This document shows, piece after piece, positions 49,346 through 63,309 of a DNA stretch of 64,000 bases (its first letter is position 1; each line of letters starts with the position of its first letter). This stretch comes from Malacoraja senta (Eukaryota): contig CM075994.1 in the NCBI GenBank assembly GCA_038087875.1, positions 9,674,001 to 9,738,000 on the forward strand, written 5' to 3'. The notes beneath the pieces are model-generated. The model was not told where the DNA came from and made no database searches. It saw only the letters and a list, made by a program, of their open reading frames with translations. A program made the position numbers and the translations under genes.

Positions 49346-49392
49346 CAGGAATATCGCCAGTTGCCGCCGGCCCTCTGCCGTCATGTCCTCAC
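49346..49392 (-). CDS. ABHD16A: ABHD16A exon (47 bp, GC donor)
   Basis: gtttag|GT ... CTG|gcaagt. Reads (G)EDMTAEGRRQLAIFL. Confidence 0.92.
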
Positions 49393-50245
49393 CTAAACAC
49401 ACGGCAAAATCATCACCGCAGTGTAGACACCCACACACATAACCCCCACCCCCACACATAACCCCCACCCCTCACCCCCACACAAATAACCCCCAACCCC
49501 CACAAAAAAACCCACCCCCTCACCTGACTACCCCCTCACATGACTACTCCAGCAGCAGCTGCACCACACACACACACATATGTACACTCTCACACACACT
49601 TACACAACACACACTTACAACACAATCACACACACACACACTCACACGGATACACACAACCACTTACAACACATGCACACGCTATCACACTTTAAACACA
49701 CACATACTCACTCACACAACACACACTTACCACATACACACAAACACACTTACAACACATCCCACAAACAGACATGCAAACACAGACATGTGCAAAGAAA
49801 CACTTACACATGCACACGCTTACACCGCATACACTTGCACGCACACAGATGTGCAGACACACACACACGCGTGCAGCCACACACGTGCAAAGCACTTATG
49901 CCACACATGCACACACCCCCAATTACACGCACACTTGCACCGCACACAACGCACGCACTTGCATGCACACACACTTACACACTCACAAAACGCACACTGC
50001 CACCCTCTGATTCTCCCCACCCTCTGCCCATTCCCCCCACCTGTTTTAATCTCACCACCACCACGCCAGTGCCCAATCCCTCTCACCTCACCCCCTGCCC
50101 TGCGTCCAGGTCCCCGTTCAACCTTCCCCCCCCCCACACCCCCACGCTGCCTGTAAACTCTGTACTGCCCCAGAGTCCAGTTACTCGCCCCCCGCCCCCC
50201 CTGTAATCCGCTTCCCGCCTCTCCCGGCGTTCCGTGCTGTCTCAC

Positions 50246-50343
50246 CCCGGTCCAGGGGAAGATGTGTCCGTGCTCCGAGCGGTAGGACTGCAGGACCGAG
50301 ACGCACCAGTCGTCATGAACCTCGTAGCGGCTGTACAGGGCAG
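50246..50343 (-). CDS. ABHD16A: ABHD16A exon (98 bp as assembled; 99 needed for phase)
   Basis: gggcag|CT ... |gtgaga. Reads (T)ALYSRYEVHDDWCVSVLQSYRSEHGHIFPWT. Confidence 0.92.
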
Positions 50344-52044
50344 CTGCCCACACAGAGAGAGAGAGGGACGGAGAGAGAGAAGGGAGAGGGGGAGAGAGGG
50401 AGAGAGGGAGAGGGGGAGAGGAGAGGGGAGGGAGAGGGAGAGAGGGAGGGAGAGAGGGAGAGAGAGACAGAGAGACAGAGAGAGAGGGGGAGAGAGAGAG
50501 AGACAGAGGAGAGAGAGAGAGAGGGGAGAGAGAGATAGAGAGAGGGAGAGAGAGAGAGGGAGAGAGAGAGAGGGAGGGGGAGAGAGAGGGGGAGAGAGAT
50601 AGAGAGGAAGAGAGAGGAGAGGGAGGGGGAGAGAGAGAGGGAGGGGGAGAGGGAGAGGGAGAGAGAGAGGGAGAGACAGAGAGGTGGCGTCACAGAGCGG
50701 CACTAACACACCACGACTACCCCCCCCAATTTACACCAAGCCAATTAACCTACAAACCTGTACGTACGTCTTTGGCGTGCGGGAGGAAACGAAGATCTCG
50801 GTGAAAAAACCCCACGCTGGGCGGGTCACGGGAGAGAACGTGCAAACTCCGTGCAGACACCGACCAGCGATTTCCCCGCACACTAACGCTACCCACACAC
50901 ACACACACACACACACAGGGACAATTTTTGACATTTACACCAAAGCCAAATAGCCTGCACACCTGCACGCCTTCGGAGTGTGGGAGGAAACCGAAGATCT
51001 CGGAGCTCACGTGATCTCGTGAAACCCACGCGGGTCACGGGCAGAAGGTACTAAACTCCGTACAGACAGCACCCGTAGTCGGGATGGAACCGGGTCTCCG
51101 GCGCTGCATTCGCTGTGAGGCAGGAACTCTACCGTCTGCGTAACCGTGGGCTCCCTCCCCACTTCAGCGTAAAGAAGAATCCTTGAACTTCTGACATGCG
51201 GCGATCGTTTTACTCAACTGTCACGCAAGGTTAGAGTCTCGCCCCACCACAGTGGACGTGATAATAACGGACTATCTATTGAAACATATAAGATTATTAA
51301 GGGTTTGGACACGCTAGAGCAGGAAACATGTTCTGATGTTGGGGGATGTCCAGACCCAGGGGCCACACAGTTTAAGAATAAGGGGTAAGTCATTAGAACG
51401 GAGACGAGGAAACACTTTTTCACCCAGAGAGTGGTGAGTCTGTGAATTCTCTGCCTCAGAGGCAGTGGAGGCCGGTTCTCTGGGATGCTTTCAAGAGAGA
51501 GGGCTCTTACAGATAGCGGAGTCAGGGGTATGGGAGAAGGCAGGAACGGGGTACTGATTGGGATGATCAGCTATATGGACACACTGATCTGTTCTGTATT
51601 TACTTATACCTACTATATTTACTTATACCTACTAAAGCAAGAATTTCATTGTCCTATCTGGGACACATGACAATAAACTCTCTCGACTCTTGATCACATT
51701 GAATGGCGGTACTGGCTCGAAGGGTCCGAATGGCCGACTCCTGCCCTGTTGTCTATTGTTCTGTACTTACGTTCTCGTTCGCGGACTCGGTGGGCCAAAG
51801 GGCCTGTTTCCGCCCTGCGTCTCAGAGGACGGAGGAGGCCGGTTCTCTGGATACTTTCAAGAGAGACTGGATAGGGCTCTTAAAGATAGCGGAGCCAGGG
51901 GATATGGGAGAAGGCAGCAAGGGGTACTGATTGGGGATGATCAGCCACGATCACAGTGAATGGCGATGCTGGCTCGAAGGGCCGAATGGCCGACTCCTGC
52001 ACCTATTGTCTATTGTCGAAGCACACCGTGAGAGCCGGACTTAC

Positions 52045-52121
52045 TTTCCTGCAGGGATTCGAAGGCACTCAGCCACTCCCGTACCACGCGAACCCCCTCT
52101 TCCGCCATCACCTTGGGGTAC
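52045..52121 (-). CDS. ABHD16A: ABHD16A exon (77 bp)
   Basis: gtgcag|G ... A|gtaagt. Reads (R)YPKVMAEEGVRVVREWLSAFESLQE. Confidence 0.95.
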
Positions 52122-53924
52122 CTGCACCGCAAAGAACCAAAACGGACACTGCTGAAATTCAGTTGAGTTTAGAGATTCAGTGCGGAAACAGGCCCTTCGG
52201 CCCAACGAGTCCGCTCCGACCGGCGATCCCCGCACACTCACACTATCCTACACACACTGGGGACAACTTGTGGGGAGAATGCGGTCAGGAGGGAGAGATA
52301 GATCAGCCATGGTCTATTGAGGGAGTGCAGCGTAGGTTCACCAGGTCGATTCCCGGGATGGCCGTGAAGAAAGCTAATGGCATGTCGGCCTTCATCAACA
52401 AGAGGTAGACAGAAATGCTGGAGAAACTCGCGGTGAGGCAGCAATCTATGGAGAGAAGGAATAGGTGACGTTTCGGGTCGAGACCCTTCTTCACACCGAT
52501 ATGTTGGCTAGGAAGAAGAAAGGGAAGAGGCGGAGACAGTGGGCTGTGGGAGAGCTGGGAAGGGGAGGGGAAAGAGGGAGAAAGCAGGGACTACCTGAAA
52601 TTGGCGAAGTCAATGTTCATACCGCTGGGGTGTAAACTTCCCAAGCAAAATATGAGGTGCTGCTCCTCCAATTTACGGTGGGAGCTCTCTGGCCATGGAG
52701 GAGGCCCAGGACAGAAAGGTGGGATTCGGAATGGGGAGGGGAGTGAAGTGCTGAGCCACCGGGAGATCAGAGGAGTTGAGTATAGGAGCAAAGAGGCCCT
52801 TCTGCAGTTGTACAGAGCCCTAGTGAGACCACACCTGGAGTATTGTGTGCAGTTTTGGTCCCCTAATTTGTGGAAGGACATTTCTCGCTATTGAGGGAGT
52901 GCAGTGTAGTTAATTCCACAGGTTAATTCCCGGATGCGGGACTATCATATGTTGAAAGAATGGAGCGGCTGGCTTGTATACACTGGAGTTTAGAAGGATG
53001 AGAGGGTATCTTATTGAAACATATAAGATATTAAGGGATTGGACGCGCTAGAGGCAGGAAACATGTTCCCGATGTTGGGGGAGTCCAGAACCAGGGGCCA
53101 CAGTTTAAGAATAAGCGATCGGACTTTAGAACGGAGGTGAGGAAACATTTTTTCACCCAGAGAGTTGTGAATCTGTGGAATTCTCTGCCTCAGAAGGCAG
53201 TGGAGGCCAATTCTCTGGATGGTTCCAGAGTGTTAGATAGAGCTCTTAAAGATAGCTGAGTCAGGGGGATATGGGGAGAAGGCGGGAACGGGATACTGAT
53301 GGGGGATGATCAGCCATGATCACAATGAATGGCGGTGCTGACTCGAAGGGCCAAATGGCCTCCTCCTGCACCTATTGTCTATGTTTCTAACTCAGCGGGC
53401 AGAAAGGCCTGTTTCCACGCTGTATCACTAAACTGGTTTAAATTATTAAAATTAAATAAAGAAAAATATATATTATAAGTAAAGGTTAGAAGCACAGATG
53501 AGGACTGGGAAGATAAACGATGATAGTACTGAATGGCTAGTCAAGGCTTGAAGGGCCGAGTGGCTTTGGACTACACTTCATGCTTTAGAGATGCAGGCCC
53601 TTCGACCCATCGAGTGGTCATCAATCGCCCCGTACACTAGCACTGACAGACACACACTCAGGAACAACTTACAATTTACAGAAGCCATTTTAACCAACAA
53701 AAGGTGTACTGCACCCCTTTGCAGTGTGGGAGGAAACCGGAGCACCCCGAGAAAACCCGCGCAGGTCACGGGTGGTACGTGCGAACTCCATACAGACAGC
53801 GCCCGCGGTCAGGATCGAACCGGGGCCTCCGGCGCTGAGAGGCTGCAACTCTACCACTGTGGCACTGCGCTGCCCCATGCTGGCCGACTCCCACTGCTGC
53901 GTGCTCAGGCCAAACTTACAACAA

Positions 53925-54725
53925 CTGTGAGGTTATCCACTTTGGCGGCAAAAACAAGGGGCCAGATTATTATCTCAATGGGATTAGGTTAGGTAAGGGG
54001 GAGGTGCAGCGCGACCTGGGTGTCCTTGTACACCGGTCACTGAAAGTTGGCGTGCAGGTACAGCAGGCAGTGAAGAAAGCTAATGGAATGTTGGCCTTCA
54101 TAACAAGAGGATTTCAGTATAGGAGTAAAGAGGTTCTTCTGCAGTTGTATAGGGCTCTGGTAAGACCACATCTGGAGTATTGTGTACAGTTTTGGTCTCC
54201 TAATTTGAGGAAGGACATCCTTGTGATTGAGGCAGTGCAGCGTAGGTTCACGAGATTGATCTCTGGGATGGCGGGACTCTCATATGAGGAAAGATTGAAA
54301 AGACTAGGCTTGTATTCACTGGAGTTTAGAAGGATGAGGGGGAATCTTATAGAAACATATAAAATTATAAAAGGACTGGACAAGCTAGATGCAGGAAAAA
54401 TGTCCCCAATGTTGGGTGAGTCCAGAACCAGGGGCCACAGTCTTAGAATAAAGGGGAGGCCATTTAAGACCGAGGTGAGAAAAAAAAAGTTCACCCAGAG
54501 TGTTGTGAATTTGTGGAATTCCCTGCCACAGAGGGCAGTGGAGGCCAAATCACTGGATGGATTTAAGAGAGAGTTAGATAGAGCTCTAGGGGCTAGTGGA
54601 ATCAAGGGATATGGGGAGAAGGCAGGCACGGGTTATTGATTGGGGATGATCAGCCATGATCACAATGAATGGCGGTGCTGGCTCGAAGGGCCGAATGGCC
54701 TCCTCCTGCACCTATTGTCTACTGT
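53925..54725 (+). mobile_element. CR1-type LINE 3' fragment (many more copies between 51280 and 64000)
   Basis: ORF 54004-54639. Confidence 0.9.
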
Positions 54726-54937
54726 CTCTCCGGAGTTGCTGCCTGTCCCACTGTGTTACTCCAGCAGTCTGCGTCGACCTTCTCTGCACCCTTCCCAGCT
54801 TGACGACATACACAGTGTGATGCTCGTACACAAGAATGAATTTCACGGTACCTCGGCGTGGTGGCGATTAAAATTCCGCCCCGTACCGTGACACGGGAAC
54901 GGCGCGGCGGGCACGGCAGAGGCTGGTGGGCTGTTAC

Positions 54938-55000
54938 CTGAACTGGAGCAGCTTCAGTAGAAGATCGTTGCCTCTGTTCGACATGATATCATCTGGAATC
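54938..55000 (-). CDS. ABHD16A: ABHD16A exon (63 bp)
   Basis: gtcacag|G ... AG|gtaaca. Reads (T)IPDDIMSNRGNDLLLKLLQFR. Confidence 0.95.
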
Positions 55001-56599
55001 CTGTGACATGGGAAAGGAGAACGCTCGTTACAGGCCAACTCTTCCTGCATCTTCCGACCTCCGCCTGTATCTCAGAGGGCGGTGGAGGCCGGTTCTCTGG
55101 ATACTTTCAAGAGAGAGCTAGATAGGGCTCTTGAAGATAGCGGAGTCAGGGGATATGGGGAGAAGGCAGGAACGGGGGTACTGATTGGGGATGATCAGCC
55201 ATGATCACATGGAATGGCGGTGCTGGCTCGAAGGGCCGAATCGCCTACTTCATAAACTAAACTGACCGAGAAGGTTCCCGACGCAACGAAAGACCATAAG
55301 CTCTTTATGATCTTTATTGAAACGAGGTTAATTCCCGGGATGGCGGGACTGTCATACGCTGAGAGAATGGAGCGGCTGGGCTGTACACTCTGGAGTTTAG
55401 AAGGATGAGAGGTTATCTTATTGAAACATATAAGATTATTAAGGGTTGGACACGCTAGAGGCAGGAAACATGTTCCCGATGTTGGGGGAGTCCAGAACCA
55501 GGGGCCACACAGTTTAAGAATAAGAGGTAAGCCATTAAGAACGGAGATGAGGAAACACTTTTCACCCAGAGAGTTTTGAATCTGTGGAATTCTTTGCTTT
55601 GGGAGAAGGGGAAGTACAGCGGGATCTGGGGGTCCTTGTTCATCATGTCTATGAAGTAATCATGCAGGTACAGCAGGCAGTGAAGAAAGTGAATGGCATG
55701 TTGGCCTTCATAACAAGAGGAGTTGAGTATTGGAGCAAAGAGGTCCTTCTGCAGTTGTACAGGGCCCTAGTGAGACCACACCTGGAGTATTGTGTGCAGT
55801 TTGGTCTCCAAATTTGAGGAAGGACATTCTTGCTATTGAGGGAGTACAGCGTAGGTTTACAAGGTTAATTCCCGGGATGGCGGGACTGTCATATGCTGAG
55901 AGAATGGAGCGGGTGGGCTTGTATTCACTGGAGTTTAGAAGGATGAGCGGGGATCATATTGAAACATATAAGATTATTAAGGGTTTGGACACGCTAGAGG
56001 CAGGAGACATGTTCCCGATGTTGGGGGAGTCCAGACCCAGGGGCCACAGTTTAAGAATAAGAGGTAAGCCATTAAGAACGGAGATGAGGAAACACTTTTT
56101 CACCCAGAGAGTTGTCAATCTGTGGAATTCTCTGCCACAGGAGGCTGTTGGAGGCCAATTCACTGGATGTGTTCAAGAGTTAGATACTCTTACATAGCGT
56201 AGTCAAGGGATAAGGGGAGAAGGCAGAAACGGGGTACCGGTTGTGGATGGTCACAGCTGAAGGGCCGAATGGCCTACTCCTGCACCCATTATCCATTGTC
56301 TATAAGGTCATAAGTGATAGGAGCAGTGATTCGGCCCATCAAGTCTACCCCGCCATTCAATCCTGGCTGATCTATCTCCTCCCTCCTAACCCCATTCTCC
56401 TGCCTTCACCCCATAACCCCTGACACCCGCACTTTTCACTGTACTTCGGTGCCCGCGTGGCAATAAACTGAAGACAGTCACAAAATGCTGACATGTTTGC
56501 GTCTGAGCTGCACGAGGTTTGGGTGGGGCGTGGGGGGGGCAGCGGCCGGCGGTGACGGCGAGCGGAGAAGGGAGCAGAACCGCCGGAGTTTCTACCCAC

Positions 56600-56653
56600 G
56601 TGGTGATGATCTCGTCTTTAGTGCGTCGGATCAACACCAGCGGCCCCTGGTAC
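56600..56653 (-). CDS. ABHD16A: ABHD16A exon (54 bp)
   Basis: gttgcag|G ... AC|gtgggt. Reads (K)YQGPLVLIRRTKDEIIT. Confidence 0.95.
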
Positions 56654-59600
56654 CTGCAACGGAACAAAAGCACAGCTCAATACACAATAGACTACAGGTG
56701 CAGGAGTAGGCCATTCGGCCCTGTGAGCCAGCACCGCCATCCAATATGATCGTAACTAGAACATCCCCAATCAGTACCCCGTTCCTGCCTTCTCCCCATA
56801 TCCCCTGACTCCGCTTTCTTTAAGAGCCCTATCTAGCTCTCTCTTGAAAGTATCCAGGGAACCAGCCTCCACCGCCCTCCGAGGCGAGAAATTCCACAGA
56901 CTCACAACTCTCTGTGAGAAAAAGTGTTTCCTCGTCTCCATTCTAAATGGCTTGCCCCTTATTCTTAAACTGTGGCCCCTGGTTCTGGACTCCCACAACA
57001 TCGGGAACATGTTTCCTGCCTCTAGCGTGTCCAAACCCTTAACAATCTTATATGTTTCAATAAGATCCCCTCTCATCCTTCTAAACTCCAGAGTATACAA
57101 GCCCAGCCGCTCCATTCTCCCAGCATATGACAGTCCCGCCATCCCGGGAATTAACCTGGTGAACCTACGCTGCACTGCCTCGGGTGACCAGCGACCTTCC
57201 TGGACCCCGCACGACACTGGGCACGCACATAATCCCGCTCTTCCCCGTCTTGCTTATCCATCTGCTCTGGACAATCCCTGGAGACTGGGAACAACAGGCT
57301 GGGACTTTACTCCTTGGAACGCAGGAGGATGAGGGGGTATCTTACAGAGGCGTGCAAGGTCATGAGAGGAATGGATCGGGTAGATGCACAGTGTGACAAT
57401 AGACAATAGGTGCAGGAGTAGGCCATTTGGGCCTTTGAGCCAGCACCGCCATTCAATGTGATCATGGCTGATCATCCCCAATCAGTACCCCGTTCCTGCC
57501 TTCTCCCCATATCCCCTGACTCTGCTATCTTTAAGAGCCCTAACTAGCTCTCTCTTGAAAGCATCCAGAGAACCGGCCTCCACCGCCCTCTGAGGCAGAG
57601 AATTCCACAGACTCACCACTCTCTGTTTTTCCTCATCTCTGTTCTAAATGGCTTACCCCTTATTCTTAAACTGTGTGTGGCCCCTGGTTCTGGACTCCCC
57701 CAACATCGGGAACATATTTCCTGCCTCTAGCGTGTCCAAACCCTTAATAATCTTATATGTTTCAATAAGATCCCCTATCATCCTTCTAAACTCCAGACTT
57801 GTTTCTCTAACTAGAAGGGTCTCGAGCCAAAACATCACCCGATCCCCTCTCATCCTTCCTAAATAGGAAGGAACTGCAGAATCACACTGAAGAGGGAGAC
57901 AAAAAGCTGGAGCAACTCAGTGGGACTGGCGGCATCCCTGGAGAGAAGGAATGGGTGATGTTTCAGCTCTCGACCAGAAACGTCACCCGTTCCTTCTCTC
58001 CAGAGCTGCTGCCTGTCCCACTGAGTTACTCCAGCATTTTGTACCCTGCTTGGTGAACATACAGAGTCTTAAGCGCAGGAATCAAGAACCGGGTGACATA
58101 GGTTTTAAGTGAGAAGGGCAAGATTTGAAAGGAATCCAAATTGAAGGGTTGGCACGGTGGCGCAGCGGTAGAGTTGCTGCCTCACAGCGCCGGCGAGCCA
58201 TGTTCCATCCCGACTACGTGTGCTGTCTGTGCGGAGTTTGCACGTTCTCCCCGTGGTTTCCTCCGAGATCTTCGGTTTCCCCCCTCACTCCAAAGACGTG
58301 CAGGTTTGTAGGTTAATTGGCTTGGTGTAAATGTAAAATTTCCCCAGTGGGTGTAGGATAGTGTTAATGTGCGGGGATCTCTGGTCGGCACGGACTCGAT
58401 GGGCCGAAGGGCCTGTTTCCCGCGCTGTATCTCTGCACTAAACTAAACTCTATTCCACATCTTCCCAAATCCCATCTCCGCCCCTGTCTGCTTTCCGCAG
58501 AGACCGTTCCCCTCCGTAACTCCCTGGTCAACTCGTCCCTTCCATCCCGCACCACCCCCTCCCGGGCACTTTCCCTCACAACCGCAGGAAATGCTACACT
58601 TGTCGCTTTACCTCCCCTCTCGACTCCATCCAATGACCCAAGCAGTCGTTCCAGGTGCGACAGAGGTTCACCTGCACCTCCTCCAACCTCATCTATTGCA
58701 TCCGCTGCTCTAGGTGTCAGCTGCTCTACATCGATGAGACCAAGCGCAGGCTTGGCGATCGCTTCGCCCAACACCTCCGCTCGGTTCGCAATAACCACCT
58801 GATCTCCCGGTGGCTCAACACTTCAACTACCCCTCCCATTCCCATCCGACCTTTCTGTCCTGGGCCTCCTCCATGGCCAGAGTGAGCAACACCGGAAATT
58901 GGAGCAGCAGCACCTCATATTTTCACTTGGGCAGTTTACACCCCAGCGGTATGAACATTGACTTCTCTAATTTCAGATAGTCCTTGCTGTCTCCTCCCTT
59001 TCTCAACTCTCCTCAGCCCACGGGCTCCTCCTCTTCCTTTCTTCTTCCCGCCCCCCCCCCCCCCTCACCCTGCATCAGTCTGAAGAAGGTTCTTGACCCG
59101 AAACGTCGCATATTCCTTCACTCCATAGATGCTGCGGCTCCGCTGAGTTTCTCCAGCATTTTTGTCTAACATCTATTCCATGGAGCGCAGCAGGATCAGG
59201 GAGATCTTATCGAGGTGTACAAAATCATGAGAGGAATAGATCGGGTAGACGCACAGAGTCTTTTACCCAGAGTAGGGGAATCGAGGACCAGAGGGCATGT
59301 GGTTTTAAGTGAGAAGGGCAAGATTTAATCAGAATTAAGATATCAAAGCGGCACGGTGGCGCAGCGGTAGAGTTGCTGCCTCACAGATCCCGGCTACGGG
59401 TGCTGTCTGTACGGAGTTTGTACGTTCTCCCCAACACAGCGTGGGTTTTCTCCGGGTGCTCCGGTTTCCTCCCACACTCCAAAGACGTACAAGGCTTGAA
59501 GGTTCTAGTTTTAGTTTAGAGATACAGCGCGTAAACAGGCCCTTCGGCCCACCGGGTCCGAGCCGACCAGCGATCCCCGCACATTAACACTATCCTCCAT

Positions 59601-60923
59601 CCACTAGGGACAATTTTTTACATTTATACCAAGGCAATTGACCTACAAACCTGCACGTCTGTTGGAGTGCGGGAGGAAACTGAAGATCCGGAGGAAACCC
59701 ACGCAGGTCACGGGAGAACGGGCAAACTCCATACAGACAACACCCGTGGTGGGGATCGAACCCGGGTCTCCGGCGCTGTCAGGCAGTGACTCTACCGCTG
59801 CCCCACCGTGACCGCCCAAAGTGGGCTTCGGTGAAATTGTAAATTGTCCCTGGTGTGTGTAGGATAGCGTTATGTGGCGCGGGGATAGCTGGTCGGCGCG
59901 GACCCGGTGGACTTGACAGGTTGGGGGAGTGGGCAGATGCATGGCAGATGCAGTTTAATGCGGATAAATGTGAGGTTATCCACTTTGGTAGCAAAAACAG
60001 GAAGTCAGATTACTATCTAAATGGTGTCAAGATGGGAAAAAGCGAAGTACAACTGGATTTGGGGGTCCTTGTACACCGGTCACTGAAAGTAAGCATGCAG
60101 GTACAGCAGGCAGTGAAGAAGCAATGGCATGTTGGCCTTCATACCAAGAGGAGTTGAGTATAGCAGCAAAGAGGTCATCTGCAGTTGCACAGGGCCCAGG
60201 TGAGACCACACCTGGAGTATTGTGTGCAGTTTTGGTCCCCTAATTTGAGGAAGGACATTTTTGCTATTGAGGGAGTGCAGCATAGGTTCACAAGGTTAAT
60301 TCCCGGGATGGCGGGATTGTCATATGCTGAGAGAATGGAGCGGCTGGGCTTGTATACTCTGGAGTTTAGAAGGATGAGAGGCGATCTTATTGAAACATAT
60401 AAGATTGTTAAGGGTTTGGACACGCTAGAGGCAGGGAACATGTTCCCGATGTTGGGGGAGTCCAGAACCAGGGGCCACACAGTTTAAGAATAAGGGGTAA
60501 GCCATTTAGAACGGTCGAGGAAACACTTTTTCTCACAGAGAGTTGTGAGTCTGTGGAATTCTCTGCCTCAGAGGGCAGTGGAGGCCGGTTCTCTGGATAC
60601 TTTCAAGAGAGAGTTAGATAGGGCTCTTAAAAATAGCGGAGTCAGGGGATAAGGCAGGAACGGGGTACTGATTGTGGTATGATCAGCCATGATCACATTG
60701 AATGGCGGTGCTGGCTCGAAGGTCTGAATGGCCTACTCCTGCACCTATTGTCTATTGTCCACATTGAATGGCGGTGCTGGCTCGAAGGGCCGAATGGCCT
60801 ACTCCTGCACCTGTTGTCTATAGGCTGTGGGGCCAGTTTCCGCACTGTATCTCTGGTCTACAGCTGGACATGCACTCTCTGCAGGCGAGGAGGTGAGGTT
60901 AGCGGCAGCAGGAAGCGACTCAC

Positions 60924-60987
60924 TTGCACAGCTGTTCTGCGTTGTTGAGGTTCAGGTATTCCCGTACCGTCCTTGTGACCAGGCCCC
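60924..60987 (-). CDS. ABHD16A: ABHD16A exon (64 bp), the most 5' exon found in the window
   Basis: cttgcag|GG ... AA|gtgagt. Reads GLVTRTVREYLNLNNAEQLCK, compared with human GLVTRTVRQHLNLNNAEQLCR. Confidence 0.95.
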
Positions 60988-63309
60988 CTGCAAGGGAAAA
61001 TAAGCCACTCAGTCGCACGTCCGTACAGTACAGAACGCAGGCCCTTCGGCCCACCACGGCCATTAAATGCCCATCGTTCAAGTCAAGTCAAGTCAATTGT
61101 ATTTCTATAGCACATTTAAAAACAACTCTCATTGACCAAAGTGCTTTACATCAGTGCAGGCACTCACATGCTACATACAGTGGTACATAGATCAACAATA
61201 CATACATAAATACATACATACAGCGCTCCCTCAGAGGACCTCAACAAAGGCTTGTGAGTCGAAATAGGTTTTAAGTCTCGACCAGGGGTGGGGAACCTTT
61301 TAGAAACATAGAAAATAGGAGCAGGAGGAGGCCATTCGGCCCTTCGAGCCAGAACTGCCATTCATTGTGATCATGGCTGATCGTCCCCAATCAATAACCC
61401 GTGCCTGCCTTCTCCCCATATCCCTTGATTCCACCAGCCCCTAGAGCTCTATCTAACTCTCTCTTACATCCATCCAGTGATTTGGCCTCCACTGCCCTCT
61501 GTGGCAGGGAATTCCACAAATTCACAACTCTCTGGGTGAAAACGTTTTTTCTCACCTCAGTCTTAAATGACCTTTTCATGTTGGAATCCCACATTAAGTT
61601 AGCTGTAAGGCCGCATCCAAGAAATTAAATATGCTTCAAAATGTACATTATTTTGTAAAAATATAATGACTATGTAGTAACTTCAAGAAAATGAAAACCT
61701 TTTGTGAATTCTAAAGTTAGCTAATCTTTTCATGACTTTGTTGTGAGTGCTTTTTGTGGGAAAGCATTTGAGTATTTGATTGCAACATGGAGGTACGCAG
61801 TTTCATTGTTATAAGAATAGTATAAACAAACAAACTACATACATATATACATATAGCCCTTGCTCAGAGAACGTCAAGAAAGGCTTGAGAGTAGAAGTAA
61901 GTTTTAAGTCTCGACTTAAAGGAGTTGATGGAGGGGGCAGTTCTGATGGGAAAGGGGATGCTGTTCCACAGTCTAGGAGCTGTAACCGCAAAAGGCGCGG
62001 TCGCCCCTGAGTTTCTGCCTCGACCGTGGGATATTCAGCAACCCCAAGTCGGCCGATCCGAGGGACCTGGAGGTGGAGTGGTGGGTGAGAAGACTTTTTA
62101 TGTAGGTGGGGGCAAGCCCATTGAGGGCTTTGTAAACATAAAGAAGGAGCTTGAAATGTATACGGAACCGCACAGTGAGCCAGTGGAGAGAGGCCAGGAT
62201 CGGGGTGATGTGGTCCCTTTTTCGGGTGCCCGTCAGGAGTCTCGCTGCGGCGTTTTGGACCAGTTGCAGACGGGACAGGGATGATTGGCTGATGCCAGTG
62301 TAAAGGGAGTTGCAGTAATCGAGGCGGGAGGAGATAAATGCGTGGATGATTTTTTTCCAAGTCGTCGAATTGGAGCAATTCTTTTATTTTATTTTATTTT
62401 ACCAACACCATTCACGGTGGCGCAGCGGTAAAGTCGCTGCCTCACAGCGCCGGGGGACCCGGGTTCGATCCCGACCACGGGTACGTCCTCTCCGTGACCT
62501 GCGTGGGTTTTCTCCGGGAGCTCCGGTTTCTCCCCCACACATTCTAAAGACGTACAGATTTACACTTTACACGAGGAAACACTTTTTCTCACAGAGAGAG
62601 TGGTGAGTCTGTGGAATTCTCTGCCTCAGAGGGCGGTGGAGGCCGGTTCTCTGGATACTTTCAAGACAGAGCTAGATAGGGCTCTTAAAGATAGCGGAGT
62701 CAGGGGATATGGGGAGAAGGCAGGAACGGGGTACTGGTTGGGGATGATCAGCCGTGATCACATTGAATGGCGGTGCTGGCTCGAAGGGCCAAATGGCCTA
62801 CTCCTGCACCTATTGTCTATAGTCTATTTGCCAAGCTAGTTGGCTGGGTAAATTTGTAAATTGTTTCTCATGTGTGAGAGGGCCTGTCCCACTTGGCGAT
62901 TTTTTCTGGCGACTGCCGGCATCATTGACTGACATTTCAGGTCACCGAAATGTTCGCAGCGTGATGACGTATTGACGTGCCGGTGTTTTTCCAAGTGTCG
63001 CAACATTTCTTTTGTCGCTGCTGGATTTTGAAATGCTAAAAATCTTTTGGCGACACTGATATAACGCCGGCAGTCGCCGAAAAAAATCGGCAGGCCTTTT
63101 AGTGTGCGGGGATCGCTGGTCGGCGCGGACTCGGTGAGCCGAAGGGCCTGTTTCCGCGCTGTGTCATCTCAAAACTAAACTGAAATGAAGTCCCCCCCCC
63201 GATTAAAACGTTATCCCTGTAAACTCTGTGAAACCGTTGTCTTGTAAAAGTGAACAGGCCCTTCGGCCCACTATGCCCATGCTGGCCATTTTATGTAGAA
63301 ATGAATAGC

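Noticed and set aside
57205..57277. Exon-like segment (ctccag|GGATTGTCCAGAG...) in an ABHD16A intron
   Set aside because: The flanking exons already join in frame and match the human protein (LCK-YQGP). Either candidate donor would shift the frame and the peptide is unrecognisable. A poison exon cannot be excluded without RNA-seq.
11856..60987. Calling TRAF and ABHD16A (and NFKBIL1) pseudogenes
   Set aside because: Only isolated 1-nt indels in GC-rich or homopolymer contexts, no in-frame nonsense substitutions, intact splice sites and strong protein conservation. Sequencing error is more parsimonious.
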